This document shows positions 27,346 to 36,869 of a DNA stretch of 64,000 nucleotides, piece after piece. The DNA comes from a virus (taxonomy: Duplodnaviria > Caudoviricetes). Positions within the stretch are counted from its first letter, which is position 1. Each line of letters begins with the position of its first letter. The DNA is taken from positions 32,001 to 96,000 of IMG/VR virus record IMGVR_UViG_3300012007_000009; one strand, 5' to 3'. Below the pieces are notes generated by a model. The model saw only the letters and a program-made list of their open reading frames with translations. It made no database searches and had not been told where the DNA came from. A program made the translations under genes and the position numbers.

Positions 27346-30336
27346 CTAAATAAGTTCAAGCATAGCGTCGGTCTCGTCGTACTCCAGTTCTTCCGGCCAG
27401 CCAACCGCAGTAAACAGCCTTCCCAGAATCTGGGCAACGGATACCTTCCACTGGTCATCCCAGTTGATGTGGAACATGTCAATCAGTCTCTGCGGGCATT
27501 CGTTCCCGGTATAGCATATGATTGACACGCCGTAGTCCTCGTCCGCCTTCTTGATGAACTTCATCTTCTCGCCTGCGGTAATCGGCTCGTAAGGTTCCTT
27601 GGACAGGACCGGGTCGTTCTCTATCAGGTAGTTCCATACCGACGCGGCCCGGCGACGCCAGTCGAGCTTGGATACTTCTTCCTGCGGCAGGCGGCACTGG
27701 ATAGGATAAGGTATCGGCTCCTCCTTCATACCGGACGGCATGGAGATGTACGAGTACTTCTTGTCCTTGATTGCCTGGTAGAATTCACGCTTGATTTCGA
27801 GAAGCCTTTCGCGCACTACGGCCTTGTCCATGGTCTTCAGCATCAGCTTCACCATGTCCATCATGCGTTCCCTCGAGAACAGCGTAGTGGAGCTCCTCAC
27901 AATCTCGAGCCCGGTGACCGCGAAATCGGGGGTCAGTTCCATCGAGCCTGTCCTGATGATGTTTCCGTCATCGTCCTTCACGGGCTCCTTGTCCATGTAG
28001 ACGATGTCCTCGTTCGACTCCGCCTCGCATATGTACTTCTTTTTCGCGGTGACTATAGCCTTGTATATGCACTTTTCCCGCTTCAGGAACAGTTCATTGG
28101 TGAGGTATCCCCACTTGTTCGCATAGGCGAGCATGAACTCATCGAGTTTTTCCTCCAGTATCACCGCATCCATCATACGACAGAAGTCGGTAAGCCGATA
28201 CCGGTTGTATATGATTCGGTATCCGTCACGGCCCCAGACTATGCCGTCATGGAACATAATCTTCACCTTGGATAGTCCGGTCTTCTTGTCTATCGCGCGG
28301 TTTTCCGGGTCGTGCCAGTTGTCGTGCGCGTACTTGTTGCACATTCGGTTGAAGCACTTCCTTGATTCGAGGTCCTGCTCCTCGGAGTTGCCGAAGGTGA
28401 AACGCTCGGCCTGCTTGTGCCCGCTGTACACGATAACCTCGGTACCGGTCCCCTGCTTCTTCCTGAATTCCTCGAACAGGTCGCCCACCTTGCAGTAGAA
28501 CGAGTCGGTGTCGCCGTGGGACATGCGCTTGTACAGTACCTGGCCTTCCTCGTCCATCGTAGTTCCCAGGAAGTCCTTGTTGATTACGGGAACATAGCCG
28601 AACGCGTCGCTGAATCGGGTATCGTTCACGACTTCCTCGTTGAGGTAGTGCGCCAGCTGCTCGATGGTGAACTTGATGAGGTTCCTGCCGTATGCCGTGA
28701 TTGAGGCCGCGTTGTCCACGTCGTATAACGGGAAGAAATTCGAACCCAGCAGGCCGTACAGCGAGTTGCCAAGCACCTTGTACACCTTCTGCATCATGTC
28801 GTAGATGCCGGTCATCTCGTGGTCGCCCGCCTTCTTGGCCGCCTTCATCTTGTTCTTCAGGCTTGCGCGGCCATCGAACAGGAGACGGGTGACCTTGGGG
28901 ACGATGCCCTCCTTGTCCTTGCGGAAGAATACCCTGTACTGTCCGTTGTGTGTCCACGGGCTTTCTATGAGTGTCGCGCGTTCCTCCTCGGTCATCACGT
29001 AGTCCATCGGCTTGATTACCTTGGTTTCCGGGGAGGTGTTGAATGTCATCATTATGGAAGGATACAGCGACCGGTAGTCATACGATACCAGCCACTCGTA
29101 GAACCCGGGAATGGAATATACGAATGCCCCGGGATATTCTTCCTTCTGCTGCTGGCGGTACGCGGGGAACACCATGCCGTTCTGGTGGAGGTAGTTCATC
29201 ACGAACCCGACCAGCATTTTCTTGGACTCGAACACGAAAGAGAAGGGGACGTGCGCTTCCGCCGCAGCGGTGACGCACAGCTGGAACATTCTTTCCTTGA
29301 GTTCAATCTTCTTCAGCAGGCGGACGTCCTGCCAGTTATAGTATATGAACTGGCTCCAGTAGTTCTTCCACGAGCGGTATCCGTCCGGCAACGGAGCCTT
29401 GTGCTCGCCGGTAACCTTTCCGCCGATGTAGTCGAGCTTGTAGGAGGGTTCTTCGGAGAATGTGTACTTGCGGTAGAGCGCCAGGAAGTCGATGACCTCC
29501 GTCCCGGCAATCTGCAGCTGTCCATCGTGGTCTACCCAGGCCTTCTTGAACTGGGCGGGAAGCCTGGACATCAGCCTCAGTTCCACCCCGAGCTTCTCGG
29601 CCCGGTTAACCATGTACGTGGTATCGTAAGAGAAGTTCCAGCCGGAAAGGATTGCAACCTCGTTGCTTCCTATCTCGGTAAATAGCTTGCGTAAAAGGTC
29701 AGTCTCGGATTCGCACAGGACATACTTCCCATTCTCCTTGGCCATCGCTTCCTTCACCTCGTCGTCGATGTCGCGACCGACACCGTAAGTGAAGTAGTTG
29801 TCCGTAGCGGAAAAGTAGATAGTTACACAGTTGATTGGGTACTCGGCACGGTGGGCCGCCGGGAAGCGGCCTGTAGTCTCCACCTCTATATCGAGGAAGC
29901 ATATGTTGATTTTCTTCATGTCCGGCTTCAGCATGCCGGTATTCGCATAGTGCTTCTGGAGAAATCTTGCCCTGGGGTCGATGTCTATCTCGGCGAGATG
30001 GTTGTGCGGTCCGCGGTACCTGTTGTATATGTCCCGTTCCGCGTTGGTATGGCGCTGTATCGCGTACATCTCGCGGCCGAAGATATCCTTCATACCACAC
30101 GGCATGGCGCCGAACTCACCCCGGTTCGGAGTGTAAAATGTATTAACTATACGCTTCTGCTCGAGCGTACCGTCGTCATACCACAGGAACAGGTTGTCCG
30201 TGTCCCTGTCGTGGTATATGGCCGACCACATACGGTACTGCTTAGGCTCCTCCTTCGCAGTAAGAACCGTTGCCATACCAAGCGAGGCCTGCTCCACCTT
30301 AGGTGCAGGTGGAGCCATTGTCGATACGTTTTCCAT
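27346..30336 (-). CDS. Family B DNA polymerase (gp43-like)
   Basis: Exo DIEVET, GWNFSYD, YKLD, YNWQD; Pol DYRSLYPS, KVLGNSLYG, HGDTDS, KKKY, GLEIVRSS. Confidence 0.95.
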   Translation of the reverse strand: MENVSTMAPPAPKVEQASLGMATVLTAKEEPKQYRMWSAIYHDRDTDNLFLWYDDGTLEQKRIVNTFYTPNRGEFGAMPCGMKDIFGREMYAIQRHTNAERDIYNRYRGPHNHLAEIDIDPRARFLQKHYANTGMLKPDMKKINICFLDIEVETTGRFPAAHRAEYPINCVTIYFSATDNYFTYGVGRDIDDEVKEAMAKENGKYVLCESETDLLRKLFTEIGSNEVAILSGWNFSYDTTYMVNRAEKLGVELRLMSRLPAQFKKAWVDHDGQLQIAGTEVIDFLALYRKYTFSEEPSYKLDYIGGKVTGEHKAPLPDGYRSWKNYWSQFIYYNWQDVRLLKKIELKERMFQLCVTAAAEAHVPFSFVFESKKMLVGFVMNYLHQNGMVFPAYRQQQKEEYPGAFVYSIPGFYEWLVSYDYRSLYPSIMMTFNTSPETKVIKPMDYVMTEEERATLIESPWTHNGQYRVFFRKDKEGIVPKVTRLLFDGRASLKNKMKAAKKAGDHEMTGIYDMMQKVYKVLGNSLYGLLGSNFFPLYDVDNAASITAYGRNLIKFTIEQLAHYLNEEVVNDTRFSDAFGYVPVINKDFLGTTMDEEGQVLYKRMSHGDTDSFYCKVGDLFEEFRKKQGTGTEVIVYSGHKQAERFTFGNSEEQDLESRKCFNRMCNKYAHDNWHDPENRAIDKKTGLSKVKIMFHDGIVWGRDGYRIIYNRYRLTDFCRMMDAVILEEKLDEFMLAYANKWGYLTNELFLKREKCIYKAIVTAKKKYICEAESNEDIVYMDKEPVKDDDGNIIRTGSMELTPDFAVTGLEIVRSSTTLFSRERMMDMVKLMLKTMDKAVVRERLLEIKREFYQAIKDKKYSYISMPSGMKEEPIPYPIQCRLPQEEVSKLDWRRRAASVWNYLIENDPVLSKEPYEPITAGEKMKFIKKADEDYGVSIICYTGNECPQRLIDMFHINWDDQWKVSVAQILGRLFTAVGWPEELEYDETDAMLELI

Positions 30337-30350
30337 AGGTTTCCGTAGGC

Positions 30351-30360
30351 AAATATAGCA
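30351..30360 (-). promoter_or_regulatory. Putative early/middle promoter (TGCTATATTTG)
   Basis: Recurrent motif 14 nt upstream of the polymerase ATG. Confidence 0.65.
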
Positions 30361-30383
30361 AGAATGGGACGCGCATACAACAG

Positions 30384-30407
30384 AAAATCCCGGGATTTCC
30401 CGGGATT
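30384..30407 (-). terminator. Probable terminator
   Basis: AATCCCGGG hairpin followed by TTTT on the minus strand. Confidence 0.55.
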
Positions 30408-30437
30408 GAATTTTCGATACTGTACTCGTATGGTTAG

Positions 30438-31373
30438 CTATTTTGCACTGAATTGCTCCAATGCCCGAGCGATTACTTCCTTACCCGCCGAAACAGCTTC
30501 TGGATGAGACTTGGTAATCGACAAAATATCACCATACATTTCATCAAACGATAGGCCAAGTTCATCGTACTTTTCACCCAATCCGTCGCTCATCCACTTA
30601 GCAAATGACGGACTTCTGGTATCTAGCAAACCAACTGCCGCATATTCAGCATCACTTAATTCATGACCAGAATCAGCTTCATCAATGATACGTTCGATTA
30701 CAGCAGTCAACTTTCCTGAATTATTTGATGCATTGAACATGGACTCCAGCTTGGGCTTCACCTTGCCGTCGCCCGGTTCGCCAATGTGCTTGGAAATCTG
30801 GTCGAACTTCTTGAGAACCTTCTCGGCATCGGCCTTGCTCTTCTCGTCAATCCCGAGGCTCTTCACGAAATCACGGAACATGTCAATCTTGCGCTGACGC
30901 TTGCTTTCCTCGGAAAACTTCTTGTTGGAGTCAGCCTTGGAACGCTGGGCGGAAGCGGTGGACTTGGCCTTGGAGTCGAAGCTCCCGGTCTTGGCCTTGG
31001 GTTCCCCCTTGGCTTCGTGGGTCGTATCCTCGGTAACCAGCTTGGTGACCTTCTTGTCTTCCTTCTTCTCGGTAACCACGTCGTTCTCGGTCACCTGTTC
31101 CTTGGAAGCCTTGGTTTCCACCACGGCGCCCTTGGCGGCCTTGGCGCCCTTGCTCAGGTCCGGGTTGACGGCGGTCTTGGCCTTGCCGACCTTCTTGGAG
31201 TCGGCCGTCCAGGTACTGAGGTCGACCATCTTCCCCTCGAACATTGCGGTAGATTCCACGATGGGCCTGGGGTTACTGGTCTCGTTGTACGGACGCTGCT
31301 GTTCGATGGGCTGGTTGGCTATGCTCTCGAACAGGGAGAGCATCTTATCTTCGTCGTCGAGGGAGTATGCCAT
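30438..31373 (-). CDS. Lys-rich hypothetical protein (candidate head internal protein) with an AT-rich C-terminal module
   Basis: LFES, IVES, MFEG, KLES motifs; codon usage shifts abruptly near 30740; upstream ATAAACT at 31412-18. Confidence 0.6.
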   Translation of the reverse strand: MAYSLDDEDKMLSLFESIANQPIEQQRPYNETSNPRPIVESTAMFEGKMVDLSTWTADSKKVGKAKTAVNPDLSKGAKAAKGAVVETKASKEQVTENDVVTEKKEDKKVTKLVTEDTTHEAKGEPKAKTGSFDSKAKSTASAQRSKADSNKKFSEESKRQRKIDMFRDFVKSLGIDEKSKADAEKVLKKFDQISKHIGEPGDGKVKPKLESMFNASNNSGKLTAVIERIIDEADSGHELSDAEYAAVGLLDTRSPSFAKWMSDGLGEKYDELGLSFDEMYGDILSITKSHPEAVSAGKEVIARALEQFSAK

Positions 31374-32107
31374 GGCAGATACCTTCTTTGTAAAATTGCA
31401 ATTTGTCCGAAAGTTTATATACGTGGCAAAAAAAAAAAATCAAATGCCCGGCATAAACTACAGGGCGAGGAACTAGATTATGGACCTGAATATCCCCAAA
31501 TCATCCACGGTAAGCCACGAGCTACCCATTTTCAACGAACTTAGCCAGGATTCCGGCCTGCCTGTAAGCGAAGTGAAGGCCAGGTTCAGGAACAAGATGC
31601 TCGAATTGCACCAGAAGTCCCTTGATGACCCGTCCAGCCTGCCGCTCGGCACGGATTCCCAGGAAATGGCGCATACCGCGGTCAACGAGCTGCGTACGGA
31701 ACTGGAACACCCCGAGGAAAAGCTGGATGACCAGGATGAATACGACCAGATTATGGGATTCGACCCGACCCAGCCGGCCCCGGGTTCCGATATTTTCGGC
31801 GCCGATGACTTCGGGGGTGGTGATTTCGGGGGTGGCGACAGTTTTGGTGGCGGTGACTTCGGCGGTGGTGGATTCGGTGGAGGCATCGACAACCTCGACA
31901 TGGGATTCTCGGACGAGGGCATGGACGCTGTCAACTCGGTCGCCGACGATGGATTCGACGATTTCGGCTTCGAGGACGATGCAGGGTTGTCAACAGCTAA
32001 CCTAAAATCTACCTAAATTTACTAAGTTTTACCGAAATTTGCAAGTATTTCATTGCATTTTAGGTTGAAGCTCGGTATAAAATTTTGTATATTGTTATAA
32101 ACTTGAT

Positions 32108-32223
32108 GTATAGAGGTTCAGTGAATTAGTGGCTTTCTTCATTGAACGACACTGAGAGACCATTTATGATGGCTCGTTTGATGCTGAAAGCCACAAAAAG
32201 TATCGAACGAGCCATTTCTGTAT
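32108..32223 (+). ncRNA. Predicted structured RNA: three-way junction with a 9-bp kissing-loop pseudoknot, upstream of tnpB
   Basis: Stem 32116-25/32138-47 (10 bp); stem 32169-85/32199-215 (17 bp); loops GTGGCTTTC and GAAAGCCAC are exact complements; all non-WC pairs are G-U on the plus strand. Confidence 0.7.
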
Positions 32224-32225
32224 CT

Positions 32226-33965
32226 ATGAGCAAGCACTGTTGGGCATTGAAGGATAAGTACGAGTCGCAGTTCTCCGCTGCGTTCTATCCTATTCTATTG
32301 TCCGACACCAAGCGAGCTGAAATCATTCATCGAGCAGAGGAAATCCGTTCCGTAAGAAATGACATATCGGAGATATTCTTCTCGGATATGCTCGGCTTTC
32401 AGGACATGACAAAGTTTGAAGCGTTAAACTTCTTCAATCCTACATTCACGACCAGACTGTCCAGTCATTACTTGAAGAAGGCTATAGAGGATGTATGGAG
32501 AGCCTATCAGCTCCGGTTCGATGCTATTCGCAAGAATATTGAGTTCGTCAAGGTTGAAAAACTCGTTCCATTGTTCTACAAGATAAATAGTCACGGACAT
32601 AAGAAAGGTGACTTAAAATCTATAGAGTGCCATACCAAGAAGACTGAACTCACAAAGGTACTGACTTGGCTTGCACGATACGGAAAGGACGAAACTGTCT
32701 ATTGGCTCGAATCCGTGATTCCTACCACACAGGAATCAAAGCAGAAGTTCTACCGCGCCATCTTGGAGAAGATTAGGAAGTTCGGCTTTGAACGCCTCAT
32801 GAGATTGGCTCTATCTAGGAGAATCACTGTATTTGCCGAATACGAGACGCGTGGAAAGATTACATTTGAATCGCTTACCTTCAGTGGCCGTAGCCGTATC
32901 AAGCGTCCTATCGTGGATGCTCGTAGGAACGAGACTGGTAAGTTCGATTACTTCATCGAGATTTCATGGGACTGGTATGACCAAGGTTATCATGGCGACA
33001 GCAAGAACACGCTGTGCATGCCGTTCAAGTATAATAGAAAGTATCACCGTTCTTTGAATAGGTACTGCAACGGAACAGACACTTCCTATACGATAGTAGT
33101 ACGAGGAAAGGACATCCATGTAGTTCTCGCGAGGGACGGTTACCGCTACAAGAATACCGATGAGATAACCGAAGATAATACCGTCGGTATAGATGTTAAT
33201 TCCAAGCACAACATGTTCGCCTTGAGCAGCGGAGAGTTCATACCTAACGACGATGCCTTGATTGCCGACCTAGAAACCGAGCTGCTCAAGATAGACCAGA
33301 AGCAGAAGAACTACAATGCCCGGTTTGCCAAGGACGAGGAACATGATGCATTCAAGATTTCCAAGAAGGACAAGGCTCGCGTCGAAGCGATAACCTTGAA
33401 ATTGAACGAGTCCAACAAAAGAACGATTGTACTGCTCTGCCAAGCCTTTGCTGCCAAGGGAATCAAGCACATCGCAATGGAGAACCTCGACGGTTTCAAA
33501 GGAAGCAAACTTCATTCCGAGGACAGTAAAGGATTTAATCTAGGTAGATTGCATCTGCGGACTGGACTTTCCTCCCTGAAGGATGAGTTCATCCATATTG
33601 CACCCAAGTACGGCTTGCTAGTATCGCTTGTGCAAGCCGAATACACATCGAAGATGTGTGGTCACTGCGGTTGTATTGATGACCGCAATAGGCAAACACA
33701 AGAAGAATTTTGCTGTGTGGAATGCAGTCATTCCGAGAATGCCGATATACACAGCTCGAAGAACATTAAATTTCGCCTTACCTCGACCGTGTTAAGAGAG
33801 AACCTGCTCGTAAGAGCGGGGGATAGCGAATACAGGTACTTCATTCCGAAGGGACTCCTTCCTAGGTGGAAGGTGAAGAAGTTCTTGGAAAAATGTCGTT
33901 GCGATGGCTTGTTCAAGCAAGCTATAGAAAATCAGCAATTATCTACCACTGATAGATTTTGTTAG
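32226..33965 (+). CDS. tnpB: Long TnpB/Cas12f-like RNA-guided RuvC nuclease (~579 aa)
   Basis: VGIDVN (RuvC-I), IAMENL (RuvC-II), YTSKMCGHCG...CVEC zinc ribbon, NADIHSSKNI (RuvC-III). Start placed after the RNA structure; the frame is open from 32142. Confidence 0.88.
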   Translation: MSKHCWALKDKYESQFSAAFYPILLSDTKRAEIIHRAEEIRSVRNDISEIFFSDMLGFQDMTKFEALNFFNPTFTTRLSSHYLKKAIEDVWRAYQLRFDAIRKNIEFVKVEKLVPLFYKINSHGHKKGDLKSIECHTKKTELTKVLTWLARYGKDETVYWLESVIPTTQESKQKFYRAILEKIRKFGFERLMRLALSRRITVFAEYETRGKITFESLTFSGRSRIKRPIVDARRNETGKFDYFIEISWDWYDQGYHGDSKNTLCMPFKYNRKYHRSLNRYCNGTDTSYTIVVRGKDIHVVLARDGYRYKNTDEITEDNTVGIDVNSKHNMFALSSGEFIPNDDALIADLETELLKIDQKQKNYNARFAKDEEHDAFKISKKDKARVEAITLKLNESNKRTIVLLCQAFAAKGIKHIAMENLDGFKGSKLHSEDSKGFNLGRLHLRTGLSSLKDEFIHIAPKYGLLVSLVQAEYTSKMCGHCGCIDDRNRQTQEEFCCVECSHSENADIHSSKNIKFRLTSTVLRENLLVRAGDSEYRYFIPKGLLPRWKVKKFLEKCRCDGLFKQAIENQQLSTTDRFC

Positions 33966-34080
33966 ATTTTTGCCAACGGTCAGTTAACGCGATGTCCGAC
34001 ATCGAACCTTCCGGGGATTCCGGGGAAACAGAAGAGCCCTCCTCGGATGAGGGCGGCTCGGACGACCTGAACCTCAATAT

Positions 34081-35214
34081 CTAGGCCTTCTCGCCGAAAT
34101 ACATGCACTTCCGGGCGAACTTCTTGTCCTGGAATGTAAGGAAAAGGCGGCCGTCGTCGGAATGCAGCATCTCAAGCACGGCGGAACCGGCATTCCTCAC
34201 CATCATGGTACTGACGTCCATCGGCAAGTCGATGGACTTTTTCGTATCCATCATCCTGACACCGGTCATGGTAATTGTTCCTGAATACCTGTCCTCGAAG
34301 CCGTACTTCATCTCGACGGTCTTCTCGTCCAGGGGAACCAGTTTCACCGGGGCAATCGGGTCCTTGTAGTTGAGGCCATACACCATGTCGATTGTCGCCA
34401 TCATGCCGATGGTGTCGAACTTCATGTACGGGGACATGCCTTCGCTGCTGCCTGTACGGAGCTTGCCTTCACCATAGGCGTAGTTGATTCCGTAAAGTTT
34501 CCCTTGTGTACGAATGCGCTTCCTCGACCAGTCGAGGTCGAACGAGCACAGGGGGTCCGTGCTGACTGTAGGCATAATCTTGAACACGTTCACCGGGACG
34601 GATATCGCGAAGTCCGGTACGTCCTTCATCGATTCCACACCTAATACCTTGATAGTAAACGGGAGGGTCGCGATGCTGACCCGGTCGTTCCCGGTCCTGA
34701 ACGACAGAGTCCCCTCGTTGCACGCAAACTCGACTGTATCGAACTCGTAGCAAGTGTCGATGATTGAAGCCATCACCATTTGTTCGACCTGAATGGTGAG
34801 GTCAGGGGAAAATCCCTCATCCATTTCGAACGGTTCCAACAAAGGAAGGCTGGCTTCGGATTCAAAGCATTCCAGGCCCTCGTTGTAGGAGGAACCGATG
34901 TACAGCCTGCCGTCAGCAACCCACAGGGCAACCAGGCCGTCCTTCACTCCCTTGTCGCAGGTGACGAAGAAGTCACTCAGTCTCACATACGCATCGCTGT
35001 CCAGGCATTCCGATTTCAGTGTAGTGTCGACCAGTGCAGTAACTCCCTTGTCGGTAGTGAGCTTCATGTAAACAAGGTCGTCCTCGTCGTGATTGACAAA
35101 CGTCTCGATGTGAACCTTGCTCTCGTCGGACTCACACGAGAATCCGATAAATGAAATTGCTTCACGGAAACCAGTCACCGTGTTGAACATAGTAAGCTTT
35201 GGCGTATTTGGCAT
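34081..35214 (-). CDS. Hypothetical protein, possibly a divergent beta-clamp (DnaN)-fold protein
   Basis: 377 aa with a three-fold repeating alpha/beta pattern, e.g. 'TLSFRTGNDRVSI...FAISVPVNVF'. Confidence 0.4.
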   Translation of the reverse strand: MPNTPKLTMFNTVTGFREAISFIGFSCESDESKVHIETFVNHDEDDLVYMKLTTDKGVTALVDTTLKSECLDSDAYVRLSDFFVTCDKGVKDGLVALWVADGRLYIGSSYNEGLECFESEASLPLLEPFEMDEGFSPDLTIQVEQMVMASIIDTCYEFDTVEFACNEGTLSFRTGNDRVSIATLPFTIKVLGVESMKDVPDFAISVPVNVFKIMPTVSTDPLCSFDLDWSRKRIRTQGKLYGINYAYGEGKLRTGSSEGMSPYMKFDTIGMMATIDMVYGLNYKDPIAPVKLVPLDEKTVEMKYGFEDRYSGTITMTGVRMMDTKKSIDLPMDVSTMMVRNAGSAVLEMLHSDDGRLFLTFQDKKFARKCMYFGEKA

Positions 35215-35245
35215 AGATACCTCTTTTCATGACGAAAACTACATC

Positions 35246-35274
35246 AAAAAGGGGCGCCCGTTGCCGGACGCCCC
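35246..35274 (-). terminator. Rho-independent terminator
   Basis: GGGGCGTCCG-GCAA-CGGGCGCCCC-TTTTT on the minus strand. Confidence 0.8.
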
Positions 35275-35294
35275 CAATGGCATGCAGGAATTCG

Positions 35295-36815
35295 TTAGAA
35301 GATGTTGTCGAGCGAAGCCACCGCCAGGTCCGTCTTGTCCTGTCCGGACTCTTCCGAGTTGCTCCCGTCCTCCGACATGTCGATTCCGGCATCGGTATTC
35401 CCGTTGCCGAACATGTCGTTCGCTGTATCCATCATGTCGCCCATTTCGCCACCGTTGCCGAAACTGTTCAGGTCGACGGTAGAATCGGGGGACATGCCGC
35501 CACCCATTCCGAAGTCGTCCTGCGGGAACGTCATCGCGGCGGTTTCCTTGGCCACGTCGTGCATGGCAGTACCGTCAGTGTTGTAGACTTCCGGGAACCA
35601 CTTGCCGAGGTCGGTCTTGAACTTGGTTACATCCACCTTTCCACCCTCGAGAGCCTTGGCGAACTGCTTCAGTCCTTCCTTAGGGAGGGCAGTATCCAGG
35701 GCCTTGTAGTCATCGAATGAAAGGAATTGTTCCAGAATCTCGTCGGCAGTCATGTTCTTGACTCCCGGGAAGCCCTCGTACCACTCGCTGGCTGAAGGCT
35801 TGACACCGCCGGACTGCTTGTCGCTCACATAATTGACTGCATCAGCCACTATTTGCGCCATGTTGTCCCAGGCTGCCTGGGAAAGGCCGGAACCAATTTC
35901 AGGGTCCCCGTTGAGCACGAACTCCCTGAATTCAATCTTGTCTGCACCGTCTCCATTGCCGTCGGTCACACCATTGACTTCACCGGCTGACTGGGGAGCT
36001 TCGGTACCGTCGCCGAATCCGCCACCCATGTCGCCACCGGCATCACCGCCTGCAGGGGCGGCAAAGTCATCGGCGCCGAAATCGCCACCGGCATCACCGC
36101 CTGCAGCATCCATGTCCTCATCTGCTTCGAACATGGCCACCGTGTCGTTACATACGTCGAGGAGCTTCTGCAGCTTCCAGTCGACAGACTCGTATGCAGT
36201 GATGTTGTTGGTGTCGGAATTCGCGAGCGCGAGGGAATCGTTGAAGTTGTCCTGCGGGGTATTGACCGCGCCTACGCCGTAGAGCATGTCGTCCAGCGGG
36301 GGCTGCGTTTCCTGGAGAATGAGGTTCCTGGCGCTCTCGCGGATTGACTGGGCGAAGTTACCCTTGAACTGGTCGGAATCGAGCGGGACCTCGTACAGCA
36401 TGGACCTGCCGGTGTCGAGGGAAAGCTCTACGCTAATCTTGCCATGGGTGTTCGGGAACTTCAAGTTGAGGGTGACCGGGGTGCCGTCGCACCTGAACGA
36501 GCCGTTCATGGAAGTCTGGTCCATGTCCATCCCGGAAAGATTCAGCCTCATGGGGGAATAGGACGTGGTGGATGTGGCCTCGGTCATCAGCTTTACGCCG
36601 ATATCCTTCAGGGACAGGTAGTTCTTGTCCATCAGGAGGCTGCCGTTCTCGTAAGTGCGATGGTCGAACTTCTCCTTGGTCTGGTCGCCGACCGGGCCGA
36701 GGGTACCCTTCATCATCTTGACGGTTGTCGTGCGGGCCGGCACGACCGGGCCGCTCTGGGTCTTCGTATATTCGAAGGCCTTGCTAAAATCTTTCAAAGA
36801 AACGCCTTTGCTCAC
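35295..36815 (-). CDS. Acidic low-complexity protein (candidate head internal protein)
   Basis: GTG start after ATAAACT (36848-54); AGGDAGGD duplicated; LMTEA/AYES/MFEA motifs. Confidence 0.6.
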   Translation of the reverse strand: MSKGVSLKDFSKAFEYTKTQSGPVVPARTTTVKMMKGTLGPVGDQTKEKFDHRTYENGSLLMDKNYLSLKDIGVKLMTEATSTTSYSPMRLNLSGMDMDQTSMNGSFRCDGTPVTLNLKFPNTHGKISVELSLDTGRSMLYEVPLDSDQFKGNFAQSIRESARNLILQETQPPLDDMLYGVGAVNTPQDNFNDSLALANSDTNNITAYESVDWKLQKLLDVCNDTVAMFEADEDMDAAGGDAGGDFGADDFAAPAGGDAGGDMGGGFGDGTEAPQSAGEVNGVTDGNGDGADKIEFREFVLNGDPEIGSGLSQAAWDNMAQIVADAVNYVSDKQSGGVKPSASEWYEGFPGVKNMTADEILEQFLSFDDYKALDTALPKEGLKQFAKALEGGKVDVTKFKTDLGKWFPEVYNTDGTAMHDVAKETAAMTFPQDDFGMGGGMSPDSTVDLNSFGNGGEMGDMMDTANDMFGNGNTDAGIDMSEDGSNSEESGQDKTDLAVASLDNIF

Positions 36816-36869
36816 GGGAACCTCGCAGTTTTCGCGAATTTCCCGTAAGTTTATATAATGGCGACTACT

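Larger units (their letters stand above)
31987..33979 (+). mobile_element. Non-autonomous IS607-like element (tnpB only), inserted at GG
   Basis: GG at both junctions, no TSD; ~10-bp subterminal repeats (CTAAAATCTA/CCTAAATTTA at left, TAGATTTT x2 at right); lower GC; clean restoration of the host ORF. Confidence 0.85.
31480..34084 (+). pseudogene. Acidic GGDF-repeat gene interrupted by the IS607-like element (31480-31986 + 33980-34084 = 203 aa when restored)
   Basis: Removing 31987-33979 gives GAT GCA GGG|TCA GTT AAC GCG ATG...CTC AAT ATC TAG in frame with the same acidic composition. Confidence 0.85.

Noticed and set aside
28130-28500. Intein or intron in the DNA polymerase after HGDTDS
   Set aside because: The insertion is short, in frame, and lacks intein termini (C...HN) or homing-endonuclease motifs.
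31795-31885. GGTGGCGAC/GGTGATTTC-type repeats as a CRISPR array near the TnpB/Cas12f-like gene
   Set aside because: These are codon-phase repeats encoding GGDF, with no spacers. No CRISPR array was seen in the window.
32148-32168. Hammerhead ribozyme reading of the three-way junction (CTGAGAG in the linker)
   Set aside because: Does not match CUGANGA, and there is no correctly placed GAAA/NUH core.
31987-33979. IStron (group I intron plus IS) interpretation of the tnpB element
   Set aside because: Only ~240 nt precede the ORF, no group I core is recognisable, and no U|...G| splice pair restores the host frame.
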